Positions 18,856-28,895 of a DNA stretch of 64,000 nucleotides are shown here, one piece after another. Both the position numbers and the translations under genes were made by a program. The notes under the pieces were generated by a model that was not told the DNA's origin, ran no database searches, and saw nothing but the letters and a program-made list of their open reading frames with translations. Source of the DNA: Pseudothauera lacus (GTDB lineage Bacteria > Pseudomonadota > Gammaproteobacteria > Burkholderiales > Rhodocyclaceae); assembly GCF_003034845.1 (NCBI RefSeq), contig NZ_PZKC01000001.1, positions 267,473 through 331,472 of the forward strand. Direction: 5' to 3'. Position 1 is the stretch's first letter. The number at the start of each line of letters is the position of its first letter.

Positions 18856-19488
18856 ATGGGCGACTTCGGTGGCACGCTGACTTCCTTCCCGACCGCCATC
18901 TACACCACGCTGCTCGGCGTGGTGCTGCTGTACTGGCTGCTGGCCCTGTTCGGCCTGGTCGATTTCGAGAACACCGGACCGGATCTCGATCTTGATCTGG
19001 AACTCGACGCCGACGGCGTCGAGGTCGGCTCGCTGGCCCAGCGCATGGTGGCCTTCGGCCTTGGCGGGGTGCCGTTCTCGGTCGTTGTCAGCCTGCTGGT
19101 GCTGATCGCGTGGACCCTCTCCAGCCTCGCGGCGATGTGGGTGCTGCCTCTGCTCCCGGGCATCCTCGCGCTCGCCGCCGGCGCCGTCGTGCTCGTCCTC
19201 GCCGCGGTAGTGGCCATCCCGTTCACCGCCATTGCCATCCGTCCCCTGCGCGGTCTCTTCGTCACCCACGGCGCGGTGCGCAACGCCGCGCTCGTCGGCC
19301 AGACCTGCAAGATCGTCACCGGCACCGTCAGCGAGACCTTCGGCCGCGCCGAAGTGGCCCGCCGTGGCGCCAGCTACAACATCCGCGTCGTCGCCGACAC
19401 GCCCAACACGCTGGTGCGCGGTGCCACCGCGATGATCATCGACTACGACCCCGACAGCGCCCGCTATCGCGTTCAGGCGATCGAGTGA
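18856..19488 (+). CDS. NfeD-like/YqiJ-like (DUF1449) membrane protein, the usual flotillin partner.
   Basis: N-terminal TM helices plus a C-terminal OB-like soluble domain. Sits immediately upstream of the flotillin gene, as in yqiJK. Confidence 0.7.
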   Translation: MGDFGGTLTSFPTAIYTTLLGVVLLYWLLALFGLVDFENTGPDLDLDLELDADGVEVGSLAQRMVAFGLGGVPFSVVVSLLVLIAWTLSSLAAMWVLPLLPGILALAAGAVVLVLAAVVAIPFTAIAIRPLRGLFVTHGAVRNAALVGQTCKIVTGTVSETFGRAEVARRGASYNIRVVADTPNTLVRGATAMIIDYDPDSARYRVQAIE

Positions 19489-19546
19489 GCCTTCCGTTAC
19501 TCCCCTTCCGACTCTCCATCCACCCGGCCATTGCTCAGAGGAAACC

Positions 19547-21658
19547 ATGGAACCCATTTTGATCGCCATCGGCATTCTGGCGTTTTTGATCTTCAGTATG
19601 TTCGCCATGCTGGCCAAGTTCTACCGCAAGGTCGAACAGGGCTACGCCATGATCGTCAACACGCTGAACAGCGAGCCCGACGTCACCTTCACCGGCCGCA
19701 TGGTGTACCCCATCATCCACAAGGCCGAGATGATGGACATCGCCCTCAAGACGGTGGAAATCGACCGTACCGGGCACGACGGCCTGATCTGCCAGGACAA
19801 CATCCGCGCCGACATCAAGGTGAAGTTCTTCGTCCGCGTGAACAAGACCGCCGAGGACGTCCTCAAGGTCGCCCAGGGCATCGGCTGCGCCCGCGCATCG
19901 AACCCGGAAACGCTGGAGGAACTGTTCTCCGCGAAGTTCTCCGAAGCGCTCAAGACCGTCGGCAAGTCGATGGACTTCGTCGAGCTCTACCAGGCCCGCG
20001 ACCGCTTCCGCGACGAGATCATTGCGCAGATCGGTGACGACCTCTCCGGCTACGTCCTCGAGGATGCCGCCATCGACTACCTCGAGCAGACCCCGCTCTC
20101 CAAGCTCGACCCCAGCAACATCCTCGACGCCCAGGGCATCAAGAAGATCACCGAGCTCACCGCGGCCGAGAACGTGCGCACCAACGATCTGCGCCGCAAC
20201 GAGGAAATGCAGATCAAGAAGAAGGACGTCGAGACCCGCGAGGCGCTGCTCGAACTCGAGCGCCAGCAGGCCGACGCCGAAGCACGCCAGCTGCGCGAGG
20301 TCGAATCGGTAAAGGCGCGCGAGCAGGCCGAGACCGCGCGCATCCGTTCCGAGGAGCACGCCAAGGCCGAGCTCGCCCGTCTGCAGACCGAACAGGCCAT
20401 CAGCGTGCAGCAGGAAAACGTCCTGCGCGAGAAGGAAGTGGCCGAGAACAACCGCCTGCGCGCGGTGGCCATCGAGGAAGAAAAGGTCAAGCGCGCCCGT
20501 GAGCTGGAAGTGGTCGACCGCGAGAAGGAGGTCACCCTGCAGCGCATCGACAAGGACCGCGCCGTGGAAGTGCAGAAGAAGGCCATCGCCGACGTCGTGC
20601 GCGAGCGCATTGTTGTCGAACGCACCGTGGCCGAGCAGGAAGAGGCCATCAAGGAACTGCGCGTGGTCGCCGAAGCCGACCGCAAGAAGAAGGCCACCGT
20701 GATCACCGCGGAAGGCACCGCAGAAGAGAACATGATCATGGAGATCAAGGCCGCCGAAGCCCGTGAGCGCCGTGCGCGTCACGCCGCCGCCGAAGAGCTT
20801 ACGCTTGCCGACGCACGCCTCAAGGTGGCCGAACGCCACGCCGAGGCCAAGAAGCGCGAAGCCGAGGGCATGGAAGCCATCGCCGCCGCCAACGGCCTGG
20901 CCGAAGCCCGCGTGCAGATGGTCGCCGCCGACGCCAAGGAGAAGCAGGGCATGGTCGAGGCCAAGGTGCGCATCGCCGAAGCCGAGGCGGTGGCCAAGTA
21001 TGGTCAGGCCGAGGCCGAGGCGCTGCAGGCGCGCCTGACTGCCGAAGCCGACGGCAAGGAGCGCATGGGTCTGGCCGACGTCGGCGTCAAGACCGCCGAC
21101 GCCGATGCCGCGGTGAAGATGGGCCTGGCCGAAGCCCAGGTCATCGAAGCCCGCTTCAACGCCGAGGCCAAGGGCCTGCGCGAGAAGTTCGAAGCCATGA
21201 AGGCGATGAGCGAGGACACCCGCGCGCATGAGGAATTCCGCATGCGCCTGGAGAACGCCCACATCGAAACCATCAAGGCCATCGAAGCACAGACCTCGAT
21301 CGCCCGCGAACAGGCCGACGTGCTTGGCGTCGCGCTGGGCAACGCCCGTATCGACATCGTCGGCGGAGAAGGCGACTACTTCGACCGCTTCGTCAACGCG
21401 CTCTCGGTCGGCAAGGGCATCGACGGCGCCATCGCCAAGAGCAACACCCTGCAGGTCGGGCTGAAGGACCACCTCACCGGCAAGCGCGACATGGTCAGCG
21501 ACGTTCGCGACGTCGTCGGCGCGCTGGGCAGTGCCTCAGGGGAATTGCAGAACCTGTCGGTGGCCGCGCTGCTCACCAAGGTCCTGCGCGACGGCAACGA
21601 CAGCCAGAAAGCCGCCCTGCAGACCCTGCTCGACGGTTTCCGCGGCGCCAAGGCTTGA
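19547..21658 (+). CDS. Flotillin family protein (SPFH/band-7, YqiK-type).
   Basis: N-terminal TM. SPFH domain. Long Ala/Glu/Lys/Arg-rich coiled coil (EAEA... repeats). 703 aa. Confidence 0.9.
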   Translation: MEPILIAIGILAFLIFSMFAMLAKFYRKVEQGYAMIVNTLNSEPDVTFTGRMVYPIIHKAEMMDIALKTVEIDRTGHDGLICQDNIRADIKVKFFVRVNKTAEDVLKVAQGIGCARASNPETLEELFSAKFSEALKTVGKSMDFVELYQARDRFRDEIIAQIGDDLSGYVLEDAAIDYLEQTPLSKLDPSNILDAQGIKKITELTAAENVRTNDLRRNEEMQIKKKDVETREALLELERQQADAEARQLREVESVKAREQAETARIRSEEHAKAELARLQTEQAISVQQENVLREKEVAENNRLRAVAIEEEKVKRARELEVVDREKEVTLQRIDKDRAVEVQKKAIADVVRERIVVERTVAEQEEAIKELRVVAEADRKKKATVITAEGTAEENMIMEIKAAEARERRARHAAAEELTLADARLKVAERHAEAKKREAEGMEAIAAANGLAEARVQMVAADAKEKQGMVEAKVRIAEAEAVAKYGQAEAEALQARLTAEADGKERMGLADVGVKTADADAAVKMGLAEAQVIEARFNAEAKGLREKFEAMKAMSEDTRAHEEFRMRLENAHIETIKAIEAQTSIAREQADVLGVALGNARIDIVGGEGDYFDRFVNALSVGKGIDGAIAKSNTLQVGLKDHLTGKRDMVSDVRDVVGALGSASGELQNLSVAALLTKVLRDGNDSQKAALQTLLDGFRGAKA

Positions 21659-21796
21659 GCCTTGCCGGCATGCTCCTGACCGCGCGGCTCACCGGGCCTG
21701 CCGGGCAGGGCGTGCCACGCCTGACGAACTTCTCGCACTGATCTCCAGCGCACGCTGACCCTGGCGGCCACCCGCGGGTGGCCGGGAGAACCCGAT

Positions 21797-24700
21797 ATGT
21801 CCGAGCACGCTCAAGGCCCCGACGCAACCGAGGCCCTGGTTGCCGAGAGCAGCAGTTACGAGCTGCTCAAGCGGCGACTGTCCGACCTGGGCGGTCATCT
21901 GCAACGCAAGACGCGGGCGCTCAACGACGCCCGCCTCGCCGAGTTCGGCCGTGCCGAGCAGGCGCTCATCGCGCGCACCCGCGCGCGCACCGAGAACAAC
22001 TGCATCGCCCGCGACCTGGTGCGCATCGGCGACGTGCTGCTGTTCGGCTACAACGTCTTCATCGGCCTGCGCAAGGAGACCGCGGTCGCCGATGTCTTCG
22101 GCCTGTATCGCCTCGGCGAGGACGGCGAGGGCGATCTCGAAGCGGTGGCGCTGGAGGGCAGCTTTCTCGACGACGCGCGCTTCACCGCCGATTTCCGCGA
22201 GCTCTATACCTACTACCGCCAGGCCAGCCTGATCCAGTTGCGGGTGCACCAGCACAAGCTGCTGGCGGCCTTCCAGATCGGCCAGCAGGCCACCGACCTG
22301 CGGGTGTTCCGCTGGAACATCGGGCCGGACGGCATGCTGAGCTACATCGACAACCGCGGCGAGCGCGACATCGCGCTGCCCGCGACCCACGACTTCGAGT
22401 GGACCCAGACCACCCGCGAGAACCATGTCGGCGGTCGTCACCCGCACATCAACATTCTCGACACCGTCTTCGTCGAGACCGTCGGCGGCGATCTCACGAT
22501 CAAGATCGAGAACAACACCGAGAGCGGGCTGGGCATCTACTCCGAGCCGGTCGAGGACAAGAGCCAGTCGCTCACCGACGCCGAGGTCGCCTACGCGCGC
22601 ATCGGTTCGCTGATCCTGCTGCGCATCCGCCCCTACCGCGAGCGCGACGAGCGCTACCTGGTGTTCAACACCCGCACCCTCAGCGCCACCCGCATCGACG
22701 CCATCGGACGCTCGTGCATCCAGTTGCCCGAAGACCACGGCATCATCTTTCCGGGCGGCTACTATCTGCAGTCCGGCGAAACCAAACGCTTCGACCTGCC
22801 CGCCGAGATGCGCGACGGCCTGCGCTTCAAGCGCATGCAGCGCTCGCCCAACGGCGAGGACGTGCTCTACGTCTTCTACCAGCCCGGGCTTGGCCACTAC
22901 GCGCTGTTCTCCTACAACCTGATCGAGAAGTCGCTGTCCACGCCGATTCTGTGCAATGGCTATGCGCGCTTCGACGACGGGCGCATGCTGGTCTTCCAGG
23001 CCGAGGGGCCGGAGCCGACCCGCAACCATCCGATGCAGCTGTGGCAGACGCCGTTTGCCAGCGACGAGCATGCCGCCGCCCACCAGGAGGTCCAGGGCTT
23101 TTTCGGCCGCATCGGCAATCCCGAACTGGTACGCGGCATTGCCGAGCTGACCGGCATCACCCGCGCGGTCGCCGAGCAGACCCCCACGCGCAATGCCTAC
23201 GAAGCCCTCATCCGCCAGTGCGGGCGGGCGCTCGATGCCTACTTCTGGCTCGATTCGGACGAGGCCGGCAAGCTCGACGAAGACATCCGCGCCATCATGG
23301 AAGGCGCGCGCCACACCCTCGACGAATTCGAGAAGATCGAGAGCATCCGCCGCGACACCGCCCAGGCACTGAGCGAGGCCGAGCTGCGCCAGCGCGAGCT
23401 GATGACCGACATCGCCAGCATGATGTGGCACGCGCCCGACGACTTCGTGCGGGCGCTCGGTCGCCTGCGCGAGCAGCGCGGCCGCCTGCAGGCCATGCGC
23501 GAGCTGCGCTACGCCGATCTGACGCGCATCGGCGAGCTCGAAGCCACCGTCGACGAGGAGCAGGGGCGGGTCTCCGAGCGCGCGCTGAACTTCCTTGCCG
23601 ACGAGCACGCCTTCGACGGCTACCGCAAGTCGCTCGACGAGATCGCCGCCGCCCTGCCGCACGCCACCAACAGCACGGAGATCGCCGAGCAGGTCAAGGC
23701 GCTCGACAGCACCGGTGCCGGCCTCGACCTGCTCACCGAACAACTGGGCAACCTGCCGGGCGGCGATGCCGTCATCCGCACCCGCATCCTCGACGGCATC
23801 GGCGGCGTGTATGCCGAGGTCAACCGCCTGCGCGCCGAGGCCCGCAGCCGCGCCCGCGCGCTTGGCAGCGTCGAGGCCGCGGCCGAGTTCGGCGCGCAGA
23901 TCCAGCTCTTCGGACAGGCCGTCGAGAACGCGCTGGAACTGGCCGATACGCCGGAAAAGTGCGACGACGCCCTCACCCGCCTGCTCGGCCAGCTCGAGGA
24001 CATCGAAGCCCGCTTCGCCGACCAGGACGCCTTCATCGAGACCCTGGCCAACAAGCGCGAGTCGGTGGTCGAAGCGGTGGCGGCACGCCGCCAGACCCTC
24101 ACCGAGGCCCGCCAGCGCCGCAGCCAGGCGCTGGTCGATGCCGCCTCGCGCGTACTCGACGGCGTTCCGCGCCGGGTCGCCCAGTTCAACGATCTGCCGC
24201 AGGTGCACAGCTATTTCGCCGGTGATCCGCTGCTCGCCAAGCTGCGCAGCCAGATCGACGAACTGCGCGCGCTGGGCGCCAACGTCGCCGCCGACGATCT
24301 CGACACCCGCCTGCGTGCTGCGCGCGACCAGGCGGTGCGTGCGGTACGCGACCGCCGCGAGCTCATCGCCGAGGACGGCAACACCCTGCGCTTTGGCCGC
24401 CACGCCTTCACCGTCAACCGTCAGACGCTCGACCTCACCCTGGTCCCGCGGCAGGGCGGGCTGGCCTACCACCTCACCGGCACCGACTACTTCGCGCCGC
24501 TCGACGACCCCCGGCTGGACACCCTCAAGGCCTGGTGGGACGTGCCGCTGGTGTCGGAGAGCGACACCCTCTACCGCGCCGAATACCTCGCCGGCACGTT
24601 GCTGGCCGACGCCCTCGACGGGCATGGCGAGCAGGACTGGGCCCAACTGCAGGCGCTCGCCGCGGCCGAGGATGGCCAGCCGCTTGCCGATCTGGTCCGG

Positions 24701-26995
24701 CGCAGCAGCGCGAGCCGCTACCAGGAAGGCTATCAGCGCGGCGTTCATGACCACGATGCCACCCTCATCCTGCAGGCCCTGATCGGCATGCAGGCCGGCG
24801 CGCAACTGCTCGCCCACGGGCCGCAGGCCCGCGCCCTGGCCTTCTGCTGGTGGCACTTCGGCGCCTTCGAGGACGAGCGTGCGAGCCTGCTCCGGCTGGC
24901 CCGCGCGGCGGTGCAGATGAATGCGCTCTTCGCCCACCGCGAGGCGCTGGCGCGCGCCGAACACGACGCCGCGCAGACGCTCGCTGTTTTCGCGCCAAAG
25001 TTCGGCTTTGCCGACGATGCCGCGCTGGTCGGCGAGGCCGCCCAGTATCTCGTCCGCCAGCTCGCCGAGCCGCGCGGCGCCGAGGCCTGGGTTATCTCCG
25101 GTGCCGGCGCCACCCTCGCCGAAGACCTGCAGCGCCAGCTCGAGCGTCACGGCCAGCTCGCCACCCTGCACGCCGACCTCGCGGCCGCGGCGCCGCCCGA
25201 GCGCTGGCGGCTCGCCCGCCAATGGACGGCCGCCTTCGCCGCTGGGCAGGACGGCGCGCTGGCCTGGGAGGCCGACGCCGCCACCGCCTTGTTGAGCGAC
25301 GGCGAACGCCAGCGCGTCAACGTCGAGCTCGACGCGGTGGTCGAGGGTCTGCGCGGCGAACACCCGCGCCTTGCCGACGGCCGCCTCACCCTCAACCTCA
25401 ACGACTTCTGGCAACGCCTGCGCCGTCATCGCAGCGTCCAGGTGCCGGCCTTCGAACGCCTGCAGGCGCTGCGCCTGGAGATCGTCGACAGCGAGAAACG
25501 CCGCCTGCATCTCGACCAGTTCCGCGCCCGTCCGCTGTCGAGCTTTGTGCGCAACCGGCTCATCGACGAGGTCTATCTGCCCATCATCGGCAACAACCTC
25601 GCGCGCCAGATCGGCGCCGCCGGCGATGCCAACCGCAGCGACCGCTCCGGTCTCCTGCTGCTGATCTCGCCGCCCGGCTACGGCAAGACCACGCTGATGG
25701 AGTATGTTGCCGACCGCCTCGGCATGATCTTCGTGCGCATCAACTGCCCCGCGCTCGGCCATGACGTCACCGCCATCGACCCGGCCGGCGCCACCCACAG
25801 TGCCGCCCGCCAGGAGCTGGAAAAGCTCAACCTCGGCCTGGCGATGGGCAACAACGTCATGCTCTACCTGGACGACATCCAGCACACCAATCCGGAGTTC
25901 CTGCAGAAGTTCATCGCGCTGGCCGACGGTACCCGCCGCATCGAGGCGGTGCGCAACGGCGAACCCTGGACCGCCGACCTCCGTGGCAAGCGCTTCGCGG
26001 TGGTGATGGCGGGTAACCCCTACACCGAGTCCGGCGACGTCTTCCGCATTCCCGACATGCTCGCCAACCGCGCCGACATCTACAACCTCGGCGACGTGCT
26101 GGCCGGGCGTGAAGACCTCTTCGCGCTGTCCTACATCGAGAACTGCCTGACCTCCAACCCGCTGCTGCTGCCGCTGTCGTCCCGCGATCCGGCCGACGTG
26201 CACCGTCTGGTGCGCATGGCCGAAGGCGAGGACATCGCGGACAGCGCCTTCAGCCACGGATACAGCACGGCCGAACTCAACGAACTGGCCAATCTCGTCC
26301 GCCGCCTGTTCCGTGCCCGCGACCTGCTGCTCAAGGTCAACCTCGCCTACATCGAATCCGCCGCGCAGGACGACGCCTACCGCAACGAGCCGCCCTTCAA
26401 GCTCCAGGGCAGCTACCGCAACATGACCAAGCTCGCCACTGCCATCACTCCCTTGATGCGCGACGACGAGCTCGACGCCCTGTTGCGCGACCACTACCGC
26501 GGCGAAGCGCAGACGCTGACCAGCGGTGCCGAGGAGAACCTCCTCAAGCTCGCCGACCTGCTCGGCAGCCAGACCCCGGACGAAACCGCGCGCTGGCAGG
26601 AGATCAAGGAAGAGTTCGTGCGCCGTCGCAAGCTGGGCGGCGACGATGCCGACGGCAGCACCCGCATCGCCGGCACCCTGATCGACATCGCCCGTGCGGT
26701 CGAAGGGCTGCGCCAGGGTCCGGCGATGGAAGACAGCCTGCGCGCGGGACTGGAGGAAATCAGCAAGGGGCTGCGCGCGCTGCAACCGCGCATTGAGGTC
26801 GCAGCGCCGGATACGAGCGAATTCGCCACCGCTCTGCGCGAGATGCACGAAACCTTCGACAAGGTGCTGGTGCCGCTGGTTACCGCCACCTATCGCAAGA
26901 TGCGCATGGACCACTCCATGTGGGAGGACATGAAGCGCATGAGTGGTCTGATCCAGCGTATGGAACGACTCATCGCCCCACCCGCCGGGGAATGA
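21797..26995 (+). CDS. Giant (1732 aa) protein. Uncharacterised N-terminal ~1270 aa, then a C-terminal AAA+ ATPase module of the MoxR/dynein-like (AAA_5) type.
   Basis: Walker A LLLISPPGYGKTTL. Walker B VMLYLDDIQH. Sensor-1 FAVVMAGNPY. Last gene of the pspA-like/flotillin operon. Uniform coding-like codon usage over 5.2 kb. Confidence 0.85.
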   Translation: MSEHAQGPDATEALVAESSSYELLKRRLSDLGGHLQRKTRALNDARLAEFGRAEQALIARTRARTENNCIARDLVRIGDVLLFGYNVFIGLRKETAVADVFGLYRLGEDGEGDLEAVALEGSFLDDARFTADFRELYTYYRQASLIQLRVHQHKLLAAFQIGQQATDLRVFRWNIGPDGMLSYIDNRGERDIALPATHDFEWTQTTRENHVGGRHPHINILDTVFVETVGGDLTIKIENNTESGLGIYSEPVEDKSQSLTDAEVAYARIGSLILLRIRPYRERDERYLVFNTRTLSATRIDAIGRSCIQLPEDHGIIFPGGYYLQSGETKRFDLPAEMRDGLRFKRMQRSPNGEDVLYVFYQPGLGHYALFSYNLIEKSLSTPILCNGYARFDDGRMLVFQAEGPEPTRNHPMQLWQTPFASDEHAAAHQEVQGFFGRIGNPELVRGIAELTGITRAVAEQTPTRNAYEALIRQCGRALDAYFWLDSDEAGKLDEDIRAIMEGARHTLDEFEKIESIRRDTAQALSEAELRQRELMTDIASMMWHAPDDFVRALGRLREQRGRLQAMRELRYADLTRIGELEATVDEEQGRVSERALNFLADEHAFDGYRKSLDEIAAALPHATNSTEIAEQVKALDSTGAGLDLLTEQLGNLPGGDAVIRTRILDGIGGVYAEVNRLRAEARSRARALGSVEAAAEFGAQIQLFGQAVENALELADTPEKCDDALTRLLGQLEDIEARFADQDAFIETLANKRESVVEAVAARRQTLTEARQRRSQALVDAASRVLDGVPRRVAQFNDLPQVHSYFAGDPLLAKLRSQIDELRALGANVAADDLDTRLRAARDQAVRAVRDRRELIAEDGNTLRFGRHAFTVNRQTLDLTLVPRQGGLAYHLTGTDYFAPLDDPRLDTLKAWWDVPLVSESDTLYRAEYLAGTLLADALDGHGEQDWAQLQALAAAEDGQPLADLVRRSSASRYQEGYQRGVHDHDATLILQALIGMQAGAQLLAHGPQARALAFCWWHFGAFEDERASLLRLARAAVQMNALFAHREALARAEHDAAQTLAVFAPKFGFADDAALVGEAAQYLVRQLAEPRGAEAWVISGAGATLAEDLQRQLERHGQLATLHADLAAAAPPERWRLARQWTAAFAAGQDGALAWEADAATALLSDGERQRVNVELDAVVEGLRGEHPRLADGRLTLNLNDFWQRLRRHRSVQVPAFERLQALRLEIVDSEKRRLHLDQFRARPLSSFVRNRLIDEVYLPIIGNNLARQIGAAGDANRSDRSGLLLLISPPGYGKTTLMEYVADRLGMIFVRINCPALGHDVTAIDPAGATHSAARQELEKLNLGLAMGNNVMLYLDDIQHTNPEFLQKFIALADGTRRIEAVRNGEPWTADLRGKRFAVVMAGNPYTESGDVFRIPDMLANRADIYNLGDVLAGREDLFALSYIENCLTSNPLLLPLSSRDPADVHRLVRMAEGEDIADSAFSHGYSTAELNELANLVRRLFRARDLLLKVNLAYIESAAQDDAYRNEPPFKLQGSYRNMTKLATAITPLMRDDELDALLRDHYRGEAQTLTSGAEENLLKLADLLGSQTPDETARWQEIKEEFVRRRKLGGDDADGSTRIAGTLIDIARAVEGLRQGPAMEDSLRAGLEEISKGLRALQPRIEVAAPDTSEFATALREMHETFDKVLVPLVTATYRKMRMDHSMWEDMKRMSGLIQRMERLIAPPAGE

Positions 26996-26998
26996 TCC

Positions 26999-28780
26999 TC
27001 AGAACGGCCAGATCAGCGGAATCACAGCCACCGCCACCACCCACATGAGCAGGTTGAGGGGGATGCCGATGCGCAGGAAGTCGGTGAAGCGGTAGCCCCC
27101 GGCGTTGTACACGAAGGTGTTGGTCTGGTAGCCGATCGGGGTGGCGAAGCTCGCACTGGCGGCGAACATCACCGCCACCACGAAGGGGCGCGGATCGACG
27201 CCGAGCTGCAGCGCCAGGCCGATGGCGATCGGCGTGATCAGCACCGCCACGGCGTTGTTCGACAACACCTCGGTGAGCACCGAGGTGAACAGGTAGATGA
27301 AGGCCAGCATCATCAGCGGCGTGGCCCACGGCGCGGCAGTGGTCACGCTGCCGACGATCAGGCTCACCAGGCCGACCTTGTCCATGGCGATGCTGATCGC
27401 CAGCATGCCGAAGATCAGCGACAGGATCTTCCAGTCCACGGCCTTGTAGGCATCCTCGACGTCCAGGCAGTTGCTCACCAGCACCACCGCGGCAGCGATC
27501 AGCGCGAGGCCTTCGATGGGCATCACCTTCAGCGCGGCGAGCAGCATCACCGACAGCGTGGCGACGATGGCGATCGGCGCCTTGTCGCGCCGGTAGGCGC
27601 GTTCCTGCACGTCATTGAGGCTGATCAGGTCGCCGTTGTCGGCAAAGCGCTTGATCTGCCCGGCGGTGCCTTCGACCAGCATCACGTCGCCGAACTGAAG
27701 CTGGAAGTCGTCGAGGTTGCTCTGGATGTTCTCGTCCTGGCGGTGCACCGCCAGCACCGCGATGCCGTAGCGCGCGGTGAGGTCGAGGTCGCGCATCGGG
27801 CGGTGCACATAGCGCGAGTTGCGCCCGACGATGGCCTCCACCAGCATGACGTCGCGCATCGCTATGGTCTCGAAGGCATGACCGCGCGAAAACTCGAGCT
27901 TGCCCGATTCACGCAGCTCCACCACGTCGCGCACGGTGGTGTGCAGCACCAGGCGGTCGCCGGCTTCCAGCAAGGTGGTGTTGGGCGGCTCGGTGATCAC
28001 CTCGTCGCCGCGGAACAGCTTCAGCACCTGCAGGCCGGCCTTGCCGTTGAGGTTGGCGTCGGCGATGCTCCTCCCGGCCATCGGCGAATCCCGCGGCACC
28101 AGCAGCTCGCTCATGAAGGTGCGCGCGAGGTTGGGACGCAGGGTGCGCGACAGGGTGTCGCGCGCCGGCAGCAGGCGCTGACCGAACAGCATGATGAAGA
28201 GGAAGCCGGTGGTGGCCAGCGCCAGCCCGGCCAGGGTGATCTCGAACATCCCGAAGGGTTCCAGACCCTGCTTGCGCGCCACGCCATCGACGAGAATGTT
28301 GGTCGAGGTGCCGATCATGGTCAGCGTGCCGCCGAGGATCGTCGCGTAGGAGAGCGGGATCAGCAGCTTGGAGGGCAAGGTATCCGAGCGCCGCGCCAGG
28401 GCGATCGCCACCGGCGTGAGGATGACCACCACCGGGGTGTTGTTGATGAAGGTGGAGATCAGGATCGCCACCAGCATCAGCCCGCCCAGCAGGCGCACCG
28501 GGCTGTCACCGACCAGGCGCGCCAGCCAGTTGCCGAGCACCTCGACGCAGCCGGTGCGCTCCAGCGCGGCGGAAAGCACGAACATGCAGGCGATGGTCAG
28601 CGGCGCCGGGTTGGAGAGTACCGACAGCACCTCGGCGGGGGTCAGCAACTGGGCCGCCAGCAACGCGGCCACGGCAGCGCCGGCCACCACGTCGGGGCTG
28701 CGCTTTTCGCGCAGGAAAGCCACCAGCACGGCGACTATCACCAGCACGACAAAAGGCAGCGCGTAGGAATCGGGGAGCAT
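26999..28780 (-). CDS. SLC13/DASS-family permease with two central TrkA-C domains.
   Basis: About 593 aa. Hydrophobic N- and C-terminal halves flank TrkA-C-like segments (GKAGLQVLKLFRGDEV...). Confidence 0.8.
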   Translation of the reverse strand: MLPDSYALPFVVLVIVAVLVAFLREKRSPDVVAGAAVAALLAAQLLTPAEVLSVLSNPAPLTIACMFVLSAALERTGCVEVLGNWLARLVGDSPVRLLGGLMLVAILISTFINNTPVVVILTPVAIALARRSDTLPSKLLIPLSYATILGGTLTMIGTSTNILVDGVARKQGLEPFGMFEITLAGLALATTGFLFIMLFGQRLLPARDTLSRTLRPNLARTFMSELLVPRDSPMAGRSIADANLNGKAGLQVLKLFRGDEVITEPPNTTLLEAGDRLVLHTTVRDVVELRESGKLEFSRGHAFETIAMRDVMLVEAIVGRNSRYVHRPMRDLDLTARYGIAVLAVHRQDENIQSNLDDFQLQFGDVMLVEGTAGQIKRFADNGDLISLNDVQERAYRRDKAPIAIVATLSVMLLAALKVMPIEGLALIAAAVVLVSNCLDVEDAYKAVDWKILSLIFGMLAISIAMDKVGLVSLIVGSVTTAAPWATPLMMLAFIYLFTSVLTEVLSNNAVAVLITPIAIGLALQLGVDPRPFVVAVMFAASASFATPIGYQTNTFVYNAGGYRFTDFLRIGIPLNLLMWVVAVAVIPLIWPF

Positions 28781-28895
28781 CGGGGGCAGGCATGTCCGTT
28801 GGCGCCGCCACGGTGCGGCGCACAAAAGATAGCCTCAGCCCTTTATACAGTCCAAGACTGTTTATTGATTTCCTTATAACTGAGAACTCTATTCT

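Noticed and set aside
21689-26914. 1741-aa minus-strand ORF antisense to the giant ATPase gene.
   Set aside because: It has no motifs and a low-complexity G/A/R/V composition. The plus-strand gene carries clear Walker motifs and coding GC3. It is an antisense artefact of high GC content.
28806-28826. GCGCCGC-N7-GCGGCGC hairpin in the DASS transporter leader, called as a terminator.
   Set aside because: It lies between a possible promoter and the start codon with no U-tract. It is more likely a 5'-UTR structure. Support is insufficient to list it as a feature.
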